Source: Planctomycetota bacterium (GTDB lineage Bacteria > Planctomycetota > B15-G4). From it: a DNA stretch of 64,000 bases. The stretch is taken from NCBI GenBank assembly GCA_029245865.1, contig JAQWOM010000009.1:86398-150397 (forward strand). The letters run 5' to 3'. The notes under the pieces were generated by a model. It was not told where the DNA came from. It ran no database searches and saw only the letters and a program-made list of their open reading frames with translations. Below are positions 1 to 9,296 of the stretch, one piece after another. How positions within the stretch are numbered: position 1 is the first letter of the stretch; every line of letters begins with the position of its first letter. The position numbers and the translations under genes are program-made.

Positions 1-167
1 CAGTCGCCTGTGCGGACTCCTGGTCATCCCAGAATCCATCGCTGGACATCAGCGCCTCAAGCTCCACCTTCCGGCGGCCCAGTGCCTCCGCGTCAAAGAG
101 AATCCTTGATCTGGTTCAGGCGACGGCGGATGTCGAGAGCGTGAGCGCGAGAATCGTCAACTGACAT
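1..167 (-). CDS. prfB: Peptide chain release factor 2, 5' part. The gene runs off the window start and is expressed through a programmed +1 frameshift.
   Basis: Minus-strand ATG at 167..165. Frame 0 reads MSVDDSRAHALDIRRRLNQIKDSL, then an in-frame UGA at 95..93 inside the heptamer CUU UGA C. The +1 frame continues DAEALGRRKVELEALMSSDGFWDDQESAQAT with no stop to position 1. This matches the RF2 N-terminus (compare E. coli ...[35 protein letters not shown]). Confidence 0.85.
92..107 (-). promoter_or_regulatory. prfB autoregulatory +1 frameshift site: SD-like AAGGAU, 3-nt spacer, CUU UGA C
   Basis: The minus strand reads AAGGAU UCU CUU UGA C. The arrangement is the same as the E. coli prfB site (AGGGGG UAU CUU UGA C): an internal Shine-Dalgarno-like element 3 nt upstream of the CUU slippery codon, followed by an in-frame UGA. 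Confidence 0.8.
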
Positions 168-481
168 GGTGCAGTCCTTCGTGGGTTCGACGAACGAAGG
201 ATCTTACCGACGCGAACAGGGCTCACGCGAGGCTCGGGTACCAATCTGCCCGCTCGACCATCGAGTGAGCCTCGCTTTGCCGTGAGAATGGGCGAAGAGG
301 CTCAATGTGCGGTTGGGCCGCGGAGAAGGCATCAAGGTGAGTCGTCGAAGGGCAACCCAACCGCACGACAGGAGAGAGCGCAGCCGAGTCTGCCGACCCG
401 GTGCCCCCCACTCTTCGTCCACGGCTCTGCTCGGCCTGAACCTGGAATCTCAGGAAAGCTCGTGGCGCAGGGAGAGGCTCG

Positions 482-1027
482 TCAACGAGCGCCTGGGGAA
501 AAGCCCCGAATCGCCGCAAGAAGGTCCTCTTCGTCCGCCAATCCCCCGACTCCGGTCTCACCGCAGGCCAGGGTTTTTTCCACGGGAGGAACAACCTCGA
601 AACGGCCGGTGCCCTTCAGAACCTCCATGTTCCTCTGAACCAGTGGGTTGTCCCACATGGCGGTATTCATTGCCGGCGCCAGCAAGATGGGCACATCACG
701 ATGAGCTGCGAGAATCACCGTCGAAAGCAAATCGTCGGCCATCCCATGGGCGAAACGCGCGAGGCTATTCGCTGTCGCCGGCGCCACCACAACGAGATCC
801 GGCCAGCGCGCCAGGCGAATGTGGTCAATCTCCTCGGTCGACTCATCGAAAAGCGAAGAACCCACGGGGCGACCGGACAGCGTGGCAAAGGTGAGAGGCG
901 TGACAAATCGAGTGGCTGCTGGCGTCATGACGACAGAGACCTCATCGCCCGCCTCGCAAAGGCGCCGAACGAGGTCGCAGGCTCGATAAGCAGCGATTCC
1001 ACCGCAAACCCCAAGCAGGACTTTCAT
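482..1027 (-). CDS. coaC: Phosphopantothenoylcysteine decarboxylase (flavoprotein, stand-alone CoaC)
   Basis: 181 aa. MKVLLGVCGGIAAYRA...PAMNTAMW is the flavoprotein/CoaC N-domain pattern of Dfp. The start ATG overlaps the coaB stop (ATGA at 1024..1027). Confidence 0.85.
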   Translation of the reverse strand: MKVLLGVCGGIAAYRACDLVRRLCEAGDEVSVVMTPAATRFVTPLTFATLSGRPVGSSLFDESTEEIDHIRLARWPDLVVVAPATANSLARFAHGMADDLLSTVILAAHRDVPILLAPAMNTAMWDNPLVQRNMEVLKGTGRFEVVPPVEKTLACGETGVGGLADEEDLLAAIRGFSPGAR

Positions 1028-1683
1028 GAGAGCACCTGCCCGCGATCCGCACTGCCTACAGGCCCGGCGTCGCGACTCAGTAACTGCGCCAGCCCGGTCG
1101 CAATCGCAGCCTTGCCATCAAAGCGTTCCCGCATGCCCTCTGGCCCCACGAGCAATGCCTGATGGTCTTCTTCTCCTAGCTGCGTCACATCGTTTGCCAG
1201 GACCCAGTTCAGTTGCGCTCGCGTTCTCAGCGCCTGGGCGGCCTCCACTCGCTCGGCTTCCGTGGCGCCGGCCGTGAGCTTGAATCCCACAATCCATGCG
1301 TCCTGAGCCAACCCCCGCAGCCGGTCAATCAACTTGGGTGCCCGCTTGAGATGAAGCGTCATCGTCTCGGCATCGGACGAAAGCTTTCCGGATTCGCGAA
1401 TCGGCAAGTAATCCGCCACTGCAGCGGCATGAAACACCGCATGCACATGTGGGACATGCCGATCCAGCAAGCCGGACAGCTCCTCCGTGGTTTCAAACTC
1501 CACGCACTGTGCGGGTCCATCTGGCCTCGCAGCTCCCTTCCCATGGAGCAAGGTCACCTGGTGGCCATGATCCGAAAGAGTGTCTGCCAACTGCGCACCG
1601 AGTCGGCCTGTACTGCGATTCGTCAGAACGCGCACATCATCGACAGGTTCCCGGGTTCCACCGGATGTCACGAGGACATGCAC
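1024..1683 (-). CDS. coaB: Phosphopantothenate--cysteine ligase (stand-alone CoaB)
   Basis: 219 aa. VTSGGTREPVDDVRVLTNRSTGRLG and ANDV motifs match the CoaB half of Dfp (E. coli [25 protein letters not shown] ... ANDVS). Confidence 0.85.
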   Translation of the reverse strand: MHVLVTSGGTREPVDDVRVLTNRSTGRLGAQLADTLSDHGHQVTLLHGKGAARPDGPAQCVEFETTEELSGLLDRHVPHVHAVFHAAAVADYLPIRESGKLSSDAETMTLHLKRAPKLIDRLRGLAQDAWIVGFKLTAGATEAERVEAAQALRTRAQLNWVLANDVTQLGEEDHQALLVGPEGMRERFDGKAAIATGLAQLLSRDAGPVGSADRGQVLS

Positions 1684-1697
1684 CAGCGTGACTCCGT

Positions 1698-2441
1698 CTA
1701 CTTCGTCTGCCGGTAAGAGCCATCAACACTGAAAGTGTTGGTGTCTGGATTGCTCGACGTGACCAGCACGTCATCCAAGGCCCAGATGCCTCCCACCTGG
1801 CCAGTTCGCCGCAGGAAGTGGATGGAAGAGACGCTCAATGTCGCCACGCTTATCGTTCCCGAGGCTGTGACCTCGTCCGAAGAGCCCTTCATGATCAGCT
1901 TCCACTTCTGGCCGCCGAGCGAGTTCGTCTCCAGCGTGATGTGCACTTGCACGCCCACTTCGCCCGACCCCAGGGGCAGTTCGACAACCTGCCCACCGAC
2001 AACCACATGTCGATCGTCCTTGAACTGGAGACCCAGGATATCCGTGTCTCCCACATCCGAGAGAATCACATCAAGGTCACTGAAGTTGCCGATCGCCTCG
2101 AGAGTGAAGGTGACGTGCGTGGTCTGAGCCGTGACCGGCTTGGTCAGCTGGCAAATCAGGTCAGCATCCACCGAACCGGGGTTCGGTTGAATCATCACCT
2201 CGCCATCTTCAGGCACCGGGAAGGCGACCTCGAAAATATTCAGTGGCCCCTGAACAGTTGCGGAACCGCCAAACGCCTTCCAGGTCTGATTGCCACTTCC
2301 GGTCGGAAGTCCCGGCTCGTTGAAACTCGCGAAGTAGTTGAGCGTCCCAGACCACATGAAACCGGAGACCGGCAGGCAGAGCACGGCCAAGGCCAGCGCT
2401 GCAGGCAACAACACGCGGTTGCGGGAGGTCAGGAGTCTCAT
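1698..2441 (-). CDS. Hypothetical secreted protein (signal peptide)
   Basis: 247 aa. N-terminal MRLLTSRNRVLLPAALALAVLCLPVSG is signal-like. No recognizable family. Lies immediately downstream of the giant kinase/sigma-54 activator gene on the same strand. Confidence 0.55.
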   Translation of the reverse strand: MRLLTSRNRVLLPAALALAVLCLPVSGFMWSGTLNYFASFNEPGLPTGSGNQTWKAFGGSATVQGPLNIFEVAFPVPEDGEVMIQPNPGSVDADLICQLTKPVTAQTTHVTFTLEAIGNFSDLDVILSDVGDTDILGLQFKDDRHVVVGGQVVELPLGSGEVGVQVHITLETNSLGGQKWKLIMKGSSDEVTASGTISVATLSVSSIHFLRRTGQVGGIWALDDVLVTSSNPDTNTFSVDGSYRQTK

Positions 2442-2606
2442 TAGGGAAAGCGCAGGAGGCAGAACACAAGACAGCAGAAGAGAAACACTCCAGCCGCTGT
2501 CTTCCGAGAATCGGGCCCCAGTGTAACCCGAATCTCAGGCCTAGGCGAGATCGAACAATTCAACGGATTGGCAGTTTCCCTACGGTTCTGGGCACCTGCC
2601 ACCAAC

Positions 2607-5600
2607 CTAGACGTTCAGCCTCTCGATCATCTTGTAAAGACTGCGCACGCTCACTCCCAGAGAGCGAGCGGCCTGAGCCTTATTTCCATCAGAAACCATC
2701 AATGCATCCCGAATCGCCTGGCGCTCAAAGTCATCCAAACGAGCTTTCAACGGGTTTTCCGAGGCTTCGGCCTGATCCGGGAACTCGGCCCTCGCGAGCT
2801 CTCCGAGCCCCGCCGAGGGTTCGCCCCCTGCGTCTCTGACCTGCATGGCCTGGCGCACGGTGTCCACATCAATCCGTCGGTCATCCCGCCCAAATAACAA
2901 CATCGTCATGACGAAATTCTCGAGTTCGCGGACGTTGCCGGGCCACGCATAGCGCTCGAGCAGCGCCAAACCCTCGGCCTCAAGCACGATGTTCTTGGCT
3001 CCGTGTCGTTCGAGAAAATGGGGAACCAGCAAAGCGATGTCCTCGGAACGCTCGCGCAAGGGCGGCAATTCGATACGGGCCACGTCGAGCCGGTAGAGAA
3101 GGTCCTCTCGGAATTCTCCCGTCTCAATCATCGCCCGTAGATTTCGGTGCGTCGCGCAAAGGATGCGTACATCCACCTTCCGCACTTCGCGTCCACCCAC
3201 CGGAATGAACTCGCCTTCCTGAAGAACGCGCAAAAGGCGTTTCTGAACTTCGAGGCTCATGTCCCCGATCTCATCCAGAAACAACGTTCCTCCATCGGCC
3301 TGAGCAAACAGGCCATCGCGGTCTCGGTCTGCGCCAGTGAAGGCGCCTCGCACGTGACCAAAAAGCTCACTCTCTGCCAGATTCTCCGGAAGCGCGGCGC
3401 AGTTAAGCGTCAGGAAATTCTTGTTCCGGCGCGCCCCGTTGAAATGAATCGCACGAGCCATGAGCTCCTTGCCCGTGCCACTTTCGCCGTAGATCACCAC
3501 CACGAAATCGGTGTCTGTCACACGGTCCATCATGTCGAGAAGCGCGTGCATACGAGGGCTTCGCGTGACGATGTTTCCATAGTCGTAACGCAAGGCCAGC
3601 GCGCGCCGACTGCTTTCGAGAGACTCTCGAGTCTCTTCAAGCTCAGCTTCCCGCTGCTCAAGTCGCTCCTGAAGTGCGTCATTCAGGCGATCGACTTCCT
3701 CGCGACTCGAACGAAGCTCCTTGTTCGATTGATTCAATCCATCTGAGAGCCGCGCATTCTCAATGGCAATCGCGGCCTGTTCAGAAAGCGAACTCACCGT
3801 GGCGAGGTCGCTCGCCTGGAAGCACCCGACCACTTGAGGGTGATCAAGATAGAGAGCCCCCAAGATGCTCGAGCGCCCGCGCAGCGGCACACAGAGGATC
3901 GAGAGTAGCTTCAACTCCGTGATACTCGCGGCACTCGCCAAGCGCTCGTCATCAATGGCATTTGCCGTGAGCAACGATTCCCCTCCGCGAGCAACCCCCC
4001 GGGCCACTGAATGGCTCACCTGAAAGTGCGGGTCGCGAATGGTGCTTTCGTCAATATTACGAGCAGCGCGAAACTCCTCGGCCTGCCCCTTGAACAGAAT
4101 GATGAACCCGCGCGCCGCGCCTGTGAGGTCAATCGCACTGTCGACGATAAGGTCGAGTAACTTCTGGTCATCGCGTTCGGTGGCCAGCAGCTTGTTGATC
4201 TCGACAAGCCGCTCGAAGTCCCGCATGCGGCGCGCCATGGCACCGAGTCCGTTGCTCTCCGTATTGTCATCCATGGCGGCGATCCGCTGCTCCAGTTGTC
4301 TCAGCGTACCCTCAAGCGGCTTGAGTCCGAATCGATCGACCAACTCTCGGATTCGATCCCCATCCGGAACAGCTCGTGAAACGAGATCTCCGATGAGAGC
4401 AAAATCTGGGTCCTCATTGTCACGAGTCTCATGAAGTCGGCCGAGGTCCAGCTTGAGACGCTCAAGGAGCACACGTGCTTCGACGGGCCCCGAGGGCGTC
4501 TCGCCGAGTATCGCAAGCGCCAGGCTGAGATCCTCGTGGGCCTCCTGGATCTTCCCGTCTTTCACACGTGATTCAGCCCGAGCCAGTGCGAGGTCTGCGA
4601 CCTCCGGACAGCGCTCCATGGCAGCAATATCCTCGTTTTCCAGGTTGGAGCCACCAGACCGTGCGAGGAGTTGAAGCGCCAGAATTCGCTCCGTATCGAC
4701 CCCACGCGATTCCGCCAGGTCGTGCGCGTGGGAGGCAGCAACAAGAGCCTCCTCGGAACGGCCCTCGGCCAGAGCCAACCCCGCCGCCAAGAGACTCCCC
4801 TCAGCTTCCCAGCCCCGACCATCGACTTCTTCTGCGCACTGCTGCGCACACAAGAGATCTGCTCGAGTTCCCTCGAGGTCACCGCGGGCAAGTCGAATCG
4901 GTCCGCGAGCCAAGGCAACCGCTGCGCGGCCCCCTGCGTCCGCCTTTTCGGTGCGAATGCGGAAGCTTTCCTCGAAAGACTCTTCGGCTTCCTCAAGGCG
5001 CCCCTCTGCCGCCAGTGCCATCGCGAGATTGTTCAAAGCACGCGCCACCTGCACCTCGTTGTCCATGGCCCGCGCCAATCTCAAAGCGCGATCAAAGAAC
5101 CGCCGTGCCGCATCCACACGACCCAATTCCAGACTCGACGACCCGGCACCAAACAACACCGTGACAAGCCGATATCTCTGCCCATAGACATCGCAAAGGC
5201 GCACAGCTTCTTCCTGGAGTGCGAGGCCTCGCTTACGCTCCCCACGTTTCCACACTGCGCGCCCGAGGTCGAAGGTCACGCTCCAGCGGTGTACATCCAG
5301 TGAGAGCGTGTCGATCATGCCCAGGCAACGCTCATGGGTCCGTATTGCGTCCGATGGATTTCCCAGGCGGAACTCAAGCGTGGCCAATCGATGCAGGAGC
5401 GTGATGGAGCGAAAAGACTCAACATCCCCCTGCCTTCGGAGGGCCTCTCGTAGGTCAGCCATGGCTTCCTCTAATCGGCCAAGGCGTCGCAGCAAATCAC
5501 TCCGCAACTGCAAGCTGAAGACAGCTTCTTCCTGCTCCAAGCCCTCCAGGTCGAGAGCGCCCAACAACTCGAGGCCGTCCTCCACCTTCCCGGTCATCTC

Positions 5601-7709
5601 CAGAATGCGCGCCTGGGAGAGCGCCCATGACCAATCATCTGGCATCTCGGCACGAGCAACATCGAGAGCTTCTTGCGCTTCCTCGAGCCGCGTCGCAAGC
5701 GTCAGCGCTTCGATCAATTCGCGATGAAAGCGACCTCGCTCAAGACTGCCCAGCAGACTGCCGTCGAGCCCCCGTCGCAGCAAGGCCGTCAAACGTTGAT
5801 AGCGCCCCAGGCGGCGGAAAACAGCCGCGGCGCGCAAGACGACTTGCGCCACCTCGGCAGACTCAGTGCCACCCCCCGACTCATTCATGGACGAAGAGTG
5901 CTCGCCCAAGATCTCAGCCACTGCCGAAGCCAGCGATTCGGGCAGCGGCGCGAGAGCTTCAAGATCTACGGACAAGCCCTGGTCGCTTCCCCCTTCAGCG
6001 TCGTGCTGCTTGACCAGTTGCAACGCACAAGCCTCACGCAGGTCAGGGCTGAGGGGAATATGTGCAAGAAGCCGCCGGCGCAGCCGCCCATCCGACAACT
6101 CGTACATGGGCTCCGGGTGCAAGGCCGGCTGAAATGTGAAGCCTGCTGCACTGATCTCAGACAACGCTTCATCCGTCGCCGGACCGAGCAGCGCATGCAA
6201 CGTCGATCGCCGAAGAGACCAGGGGCTTACAGCCAACAAGGCCAGCAGTTCGCGACCATCCAACGACACGCCCTGCGCCGGATCGTCCCCTTCTGACATG
6301 GGCCAGCTTGCATCAAGCCGGCTCTCGTCATAACTGAGCCCTGCAGGTCCCAGGCCAACAACACCGGTGCGCACAAGTTCTGCCAACGCGTGACCCAACT
6401 CTTTCCATCGTTGTGGAGTCGCTGCCGTCAGTCGCTCTTCGAGGAGTTTCCGCTCGCCTAGCCATGCGCGACAAACAGCACGAGCCTCTTCATCCGTGGG
6501 TGCCGGCTCCAGGTAGACGGTGACACGCGGGATGGCGCGCAACGCTTTTTGCACCGCCTGTTGTTCCGCATCACCAGAAAGTCGTGCCCCTAGATCCACG
6601 ACCAACGGCCCCCTCTTGGCCAAGGCTTCCGCAAGCAGTGCGATCTCGGAGGGCGAAGCTGGAAACGAGGCCTCTTCTCCCAATCGCGCCTGCACCACCT
6701 CGCCCGGCTCGGGAAGGCTGGCAGCGTAATTCAGCAAGATCTCTTGTGCCTCTGACATCTCGAAGGGGCCGCTCGGTGCCAGGTGAATCGGCATCGCCCC
6801 GGACTTCAGCGAAGCCACCCCCCTCGCCCGACATGGGTCTGCCGCCGTCCGTGCAGACCAGAGTTGGGTGTACAACTGAGCGTCCGCCAAGACCCGGGCT
6901 TCTCGCTCGTCGTGAACTGGCAAAGAAGCCATGGCCGCTGCAGCATCAGCCGGGCGAGAGCTTGGATCTGGAGCCAGCAGTCGCTCCAGCAAGACCACCA
7001 GAGCGGGCTCTCCCAATCGCGCAGCGTCATCCTGAGTGAAGCCCGTGAAAGCAGATCGCTCAGCCGCCATCGCGACCGGGTCACGACCGACAAACAACCT
7101 TCGACCCAGGAGAGCTTCCGTCAACAAAAGCCCCGCCGCCCACAGATCGCTGGCCCGAGAAGGCACTCCACCAGCAAACAACTCCGGCGCCATGTTCCGC
7201 GGCGTGCCAGCGAGCGAGCAATCCGCGACCTCGCTCTCCAGGCAGGCCAGACCAAAATCGATCACAACCGGGTGACCGGTTTGCAGCTCCAGCAAGACAT
7301 TGCTGTCTTTGAGATCCCTGTGAAGCAACCCGGCAGAATGAATCGCCCCAACCGCCGAGAGGAACCGCGCCACGAGCACGCGACGCGCACCCTGATCGAC
7401 CATCTCCGGCCCCAGGGCTCCAGGGCCGAGAGGCTGCCCTCTCACTTCACTGGTGATAGTGAACAGATCCCCTGTCGCCGGATGACGGCCCGCATCCAGG
7501 CAGGCTGAAATTCCGGGATGACGAAATCCCAAGAAAAGAGTCTCGGTGAGCCCTTGCTCTTCTTCGAGAGCGCCCTTGTGCGATTTGAAGACAAGGTGTC
7601 GACCACTTGCATCCCGTGCATGGCGTAATCGAAGTGTCGTGTCCTCAAGAGGACCCAACAGAAGATAGGGGCCGAGACGTTCAGAAGGAGGAGGACTCAT
7701 AATGCTCAC
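2607..7709 (-). CDS. Multidomain regulator: Ser/Thr protein kinase - linker - TPR repeats - GAF - sigma-54 interaction AAA+ domain - Fis-type HTH (1700 aa)
   Basis: Single uninterrupted ORF. N-terminus has kinase motifs HRDLKDSNVLL, DFG and APE (about nt 6880-7670). The long middle is TPR-like and helical. GAF-like segment (LTGAARGFIIL...AIENARL) at about nt 3800-4300. Sigma-54 activator domain with Walker A GESGTGKE, intact GAFTGA (ESELFGHVRGAFTGA) and Walker B FLDEIG at about nt 2880-3620. C-terminal HTH (KAQAARSLGVSVRSLYKMI). Confidence 0.85.
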   Translation of the reverse strand: MSIMSPPPSERLGPYLLLGPLEDTTLRLRHARDASGRHLVFKSHKGALEEEQGLTETLFLGFRHPGISACLDAGRHPATGDLFTITSEVRGQPLGPGALGPEMVDQGARRVLVARFLSAVGAIHSAGLLHRDLKDSNVLLELQTGHPVVIDFGLACLESEVADCSLAGTPRNMAPELFAGGVPSRASDLWAAGLLLTEALLGRRLFVGRDPVAMAAERSAFTGFTQDDAARLGEPALVVLLERLLAPDPSSRPADAAAAMASLPVHDEREARVLADAQLYTQLWSARTAADPCRARGVASLKSGAMPIHLAPSGPFEMSEAQEILLNYAASLPEPGEVVQARLGEEASFPASPSEIALLAEALAKRGPLVVDLGARLSGDAEQQAVQKALRAIPRVTVYLEPAPTDEEARAVCRAWLGERKLLEERLTAATPQRWKELGHALAELVRTGVVGLGPAGLSYDESRLDASWPMSEGDDPAQGVSLDGRELLALLAVSPWSLRRSTLHALLGPATDEALSEISAAGFTFQPALHPEPMYELSDGRLRRRLLAHIPLSPDLREACALQLVKQHDAEGGSDQGLSVDLEALAPLPESLASAVAEILGEHSSSMNESGGGTESAEVAQVVLRAAAVFRRLGRYQRLTALLRRGLDGSLLGSLERGRFHRELIEALTLATRLEEAQEALDVARAEMPDDWSWALSQARILEMTGKVEDGLELLGALDLEGLEQEEAVFSLQLRSDLLRRLGRLEEAMADLREALRRQGDVESFRSITLLHRLATLEFRLGNPSDAIRTHERCLGMIDTLSLDVHRWSVTFDLGRAVWKRGERKRGLALQEEAVRLCDVYGQRYRLVTVLFGAGSSSLELGRVDAARRFFDRALRLARAMDNEVQVARALNNLAMALAAEGRLEEAEESFEESFRIRTEKADAGGRAAVALARGPIRLARGDLEGTRADLLCAQQCAEEVDGRGWEAEGSLLAAGLALAEGRSEEALVAASHAHDLAESRGVDTERILALQLLARSGGSNLENEDIAAMERCPEVADLALARAESRVKDGKIQEAHEDLSLALAILGETPSGPVEARVLLERLKLDLGRLHETRDNEDPDFALIGDLVSRAVPDGDRIRELVDRFGLKPLEGTLRQLEQRIAAMDDNTESNGLGAMARRMRDFERLVEINKLLATERDDQKLLDLIVDSAIDLTGAARGFIILFKGQAEEFRAARNIDESTIRDPHFQVSHSVARGVARGGESLLTANAIDDERLASAASITELKLLSILCVPLRGRSSILGALYLDHPQVVGCFQASDLATVSSLSEQAAIAIENARLSDGLNQSNKELRSSREEVDRLNDALQERLEQREAELEETRESLESSRRALALRYDYGNIVTRSPRMHALLDMMDRVTDTDFVVVIYGESGTGKELMARAIHFNGARRNKNFLTLNCAALPENLAESELFGHVRGAFTGADRDRDGLFAQADGGTLFLDEIGDMSLEVQKRLLRVLQEGEFIPVGGREVRKVDVRILCATHRNLRAMIETGEFREDLLYRLDVARIELPPLRERSEDIALLVPHFLERHGAKNIVLEAEGLALLERYAWPGNVRELENFVMTMLLFGRDDRRIDVDTVRQAMQVRDAGGEPSAGLGELARAEFPDQAEASENPLKARLDDFERQAIRDALMVSDGNKAQAARSLGVSVRSLYKMIERLNV

Positions 7710-7757
7710 GAAGATACGCTGGTTACCTTTGATAGAGAATCTACCGGAAGTCTCACC

Positions 7758-9266
7758 ATGAAGGCGGTTACCCGAGGACTCTTCATTCTGCTGTTTCTTG
7801 CCACAACGCTGTCAGCAGACATCATCCACTACAAAGACGGCCGAAAGCTTGAGGGGGTGATTCTCCAGCGCACGGCCGATGTGGTGAAGATCGACACAAA
7901 ATTCGGGACCATATCGGTCGAGACGGCCAAGATTGCACGAATCGAAGAATCTCTCACGCCAGCCCAGGAACTCGCTCAACGCCGGGCGCAAGTGGCGGAC
8001 GGGAATGCGGAGGCAATCTTTCAATTGGCCCTCTGGGCCGACGAGCATTCCCTGCGCCAGGAGTCCAAAGCCCTGCTCCTTGAAGTGATCGCAGCAGATC
8101 CGTCTCACACGAGAGCGAACGAACGACTCGGGCGTGTCGAAGTCGACGGCACCTGGTTGGAGCCAGGTGAAGTCGACCAATACCTGGCCAAGGTCGCCGA
8201 CGAGAAACGCGCACTCGGTCTCGAGTTTCACGAGGGAGAGTGGTTGCCCATGGCTGAGGTCATGACAGCCCGCGGCTTTCTGGAGTACGAGGGAGAGTGG
8301 CTACCCCGTCGAGAAGCGGACACGCGACGTGCCGTCGAAGACCTCGCAAGCATGGCCGACTACACATGCTCTGCAACTGCCGGCGAGTACATCACCATCT
8401 TCAGCTCCGATCTCAGCAGCGAGACCATCGAGTCACTTATTTACGACCTCGATGCCATGACACGAGATTTCCTGGAACGACTACAACTCAATCAAACCGA
8501 GATCGACCAGGTCACGAAGTACGCCATCCCTCTCTTCCTGCTGCCCGACATCGAGACGTCGGACCGAATCGTTCAAAGCGGGTTCACACGACGGTTCGTT
8601 CACCTGGAAGATGACATCCAGGATTTCCTGGACAGCTATTCGTACGGACTGCAATGGCCGCGCCCCTTGCTGGTCAATGTCGAAGGAAATTATCTGGACG
8701 CCTCCGGGAATCGCGACCAACTGCGCACGGGCATTCTGAGTCACCAACTTGCAGAACTTCTGGTCGAGCGACTGAAAGGGGTTCGTGACCCACCCGCCTG
8801 GGCGAAAGCTGGCCTAGCAGCCTTCTACGAAGGGGCCACCAACTACTACTCGACAACGACACTGACCTCGAGCAACCCTCTCAAGGACGGCGTGCCGACG
8901 GGACTCTGGGTGCCAGGCTGGGAGAACTTCCCCGAGTGGCGTGACAACCTCCGGGACGAGGGCATGCAGTCCACAGTTCGCTCTCTCTCGCCCACGTGGA
9001 CTCAATCCACCAAGTCCATGAACTCACGCGATGTCGGTCTTTGCTGGAGCTTTGTCAGTTTCCTGCTAGATCAGCACCCCACGGAGTTCTCGGAGTTCCT
9101 CCGCGTTTATGACAGCGACACCGGCGCCAACCGAGCGCTTCGCCGCATGCACGAACGCGCCTGGACGCGCGCCTTCGCGTCAGACGAGACCCAAATCGAA
9201 CGTTCCTGGCGAAACTGGGCGCTCGCGCGGCCAAGGTCTTTCCCTACCGACATCTTGAATCGGTAG
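7758..9266 (+). CDS. Hypothetical secreted protein with triplicated (D/E)G(E/T)WLP motifs
   Basis: 502 aa. Signal peptide MKAVTRGLFILLFLATTLSA. Three short repeats: VDGTWLEPGEV, HEGEWLPMAEV, YEGEWLPRREA. No confident family assignment. Confidence 0.6.
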   Translation: MKAVTRGLFILLFLATTLSADIIHYKDGRKLEGVILQRTADVVKIDTKFGTISVETAKIARIEESLTPAQELAQRRAQVADGNAEAIFQLALWADEHSLRQESKALLLEVIAADPSHTRANERLGRVEVDGTWLEPGEVDQYLAKVADEKRALGLEFHEGEWLPMAEVMTARGFLEYEGEWLPRREADTRRAVEDLASMADYTCSATAGEYITIFSSDLSSETIESLIYDLDAMTRDFLERLQLNQTEIDQVTKYAIPLFLLPDIETSDRIVQSGFTRRFVHLEDDIQDFLDSYSYGLQWPRPLLVNVEGNYLDASGNRDQLRTGILSHQLAELLVERLKGVRDPPAWAKAGLAAFYEGATNYYSTTTLTSSNPLKDGVPTGLWVPGWENFPEWRDNLRDEGMQSTVRSLSPTWTQSTKSMNSRDVGLCWSFVSFLLDQHPTEFSEFLRVYDSDTGANRALRRMHERAWTRAFASDETQIERSWRNWALARPRSFPTDILNR

Positions 9267-9296
9267 AGAGCGACACTTCCATCTACAAGGCGTCGT

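Noticed and set aside
204-638. Several 70-195-aa ORFs (204..422, 223..594, 282..638, 307..894) between and across coaC and prfB
   Set aside because: They overlap coaC antisense or lie in the prfB 5' UTR. They are R/P/S-rich low-complexity translations with no homology.
2442-2606. Possible sigma-54 (-24/-12) promoter upstream of the secreted-protein gene
   Set aside because: Only weak matches (TGGCAG...CAGA). No convincing GG-N10-GC with TTGCW. Left as a check, not a feature.
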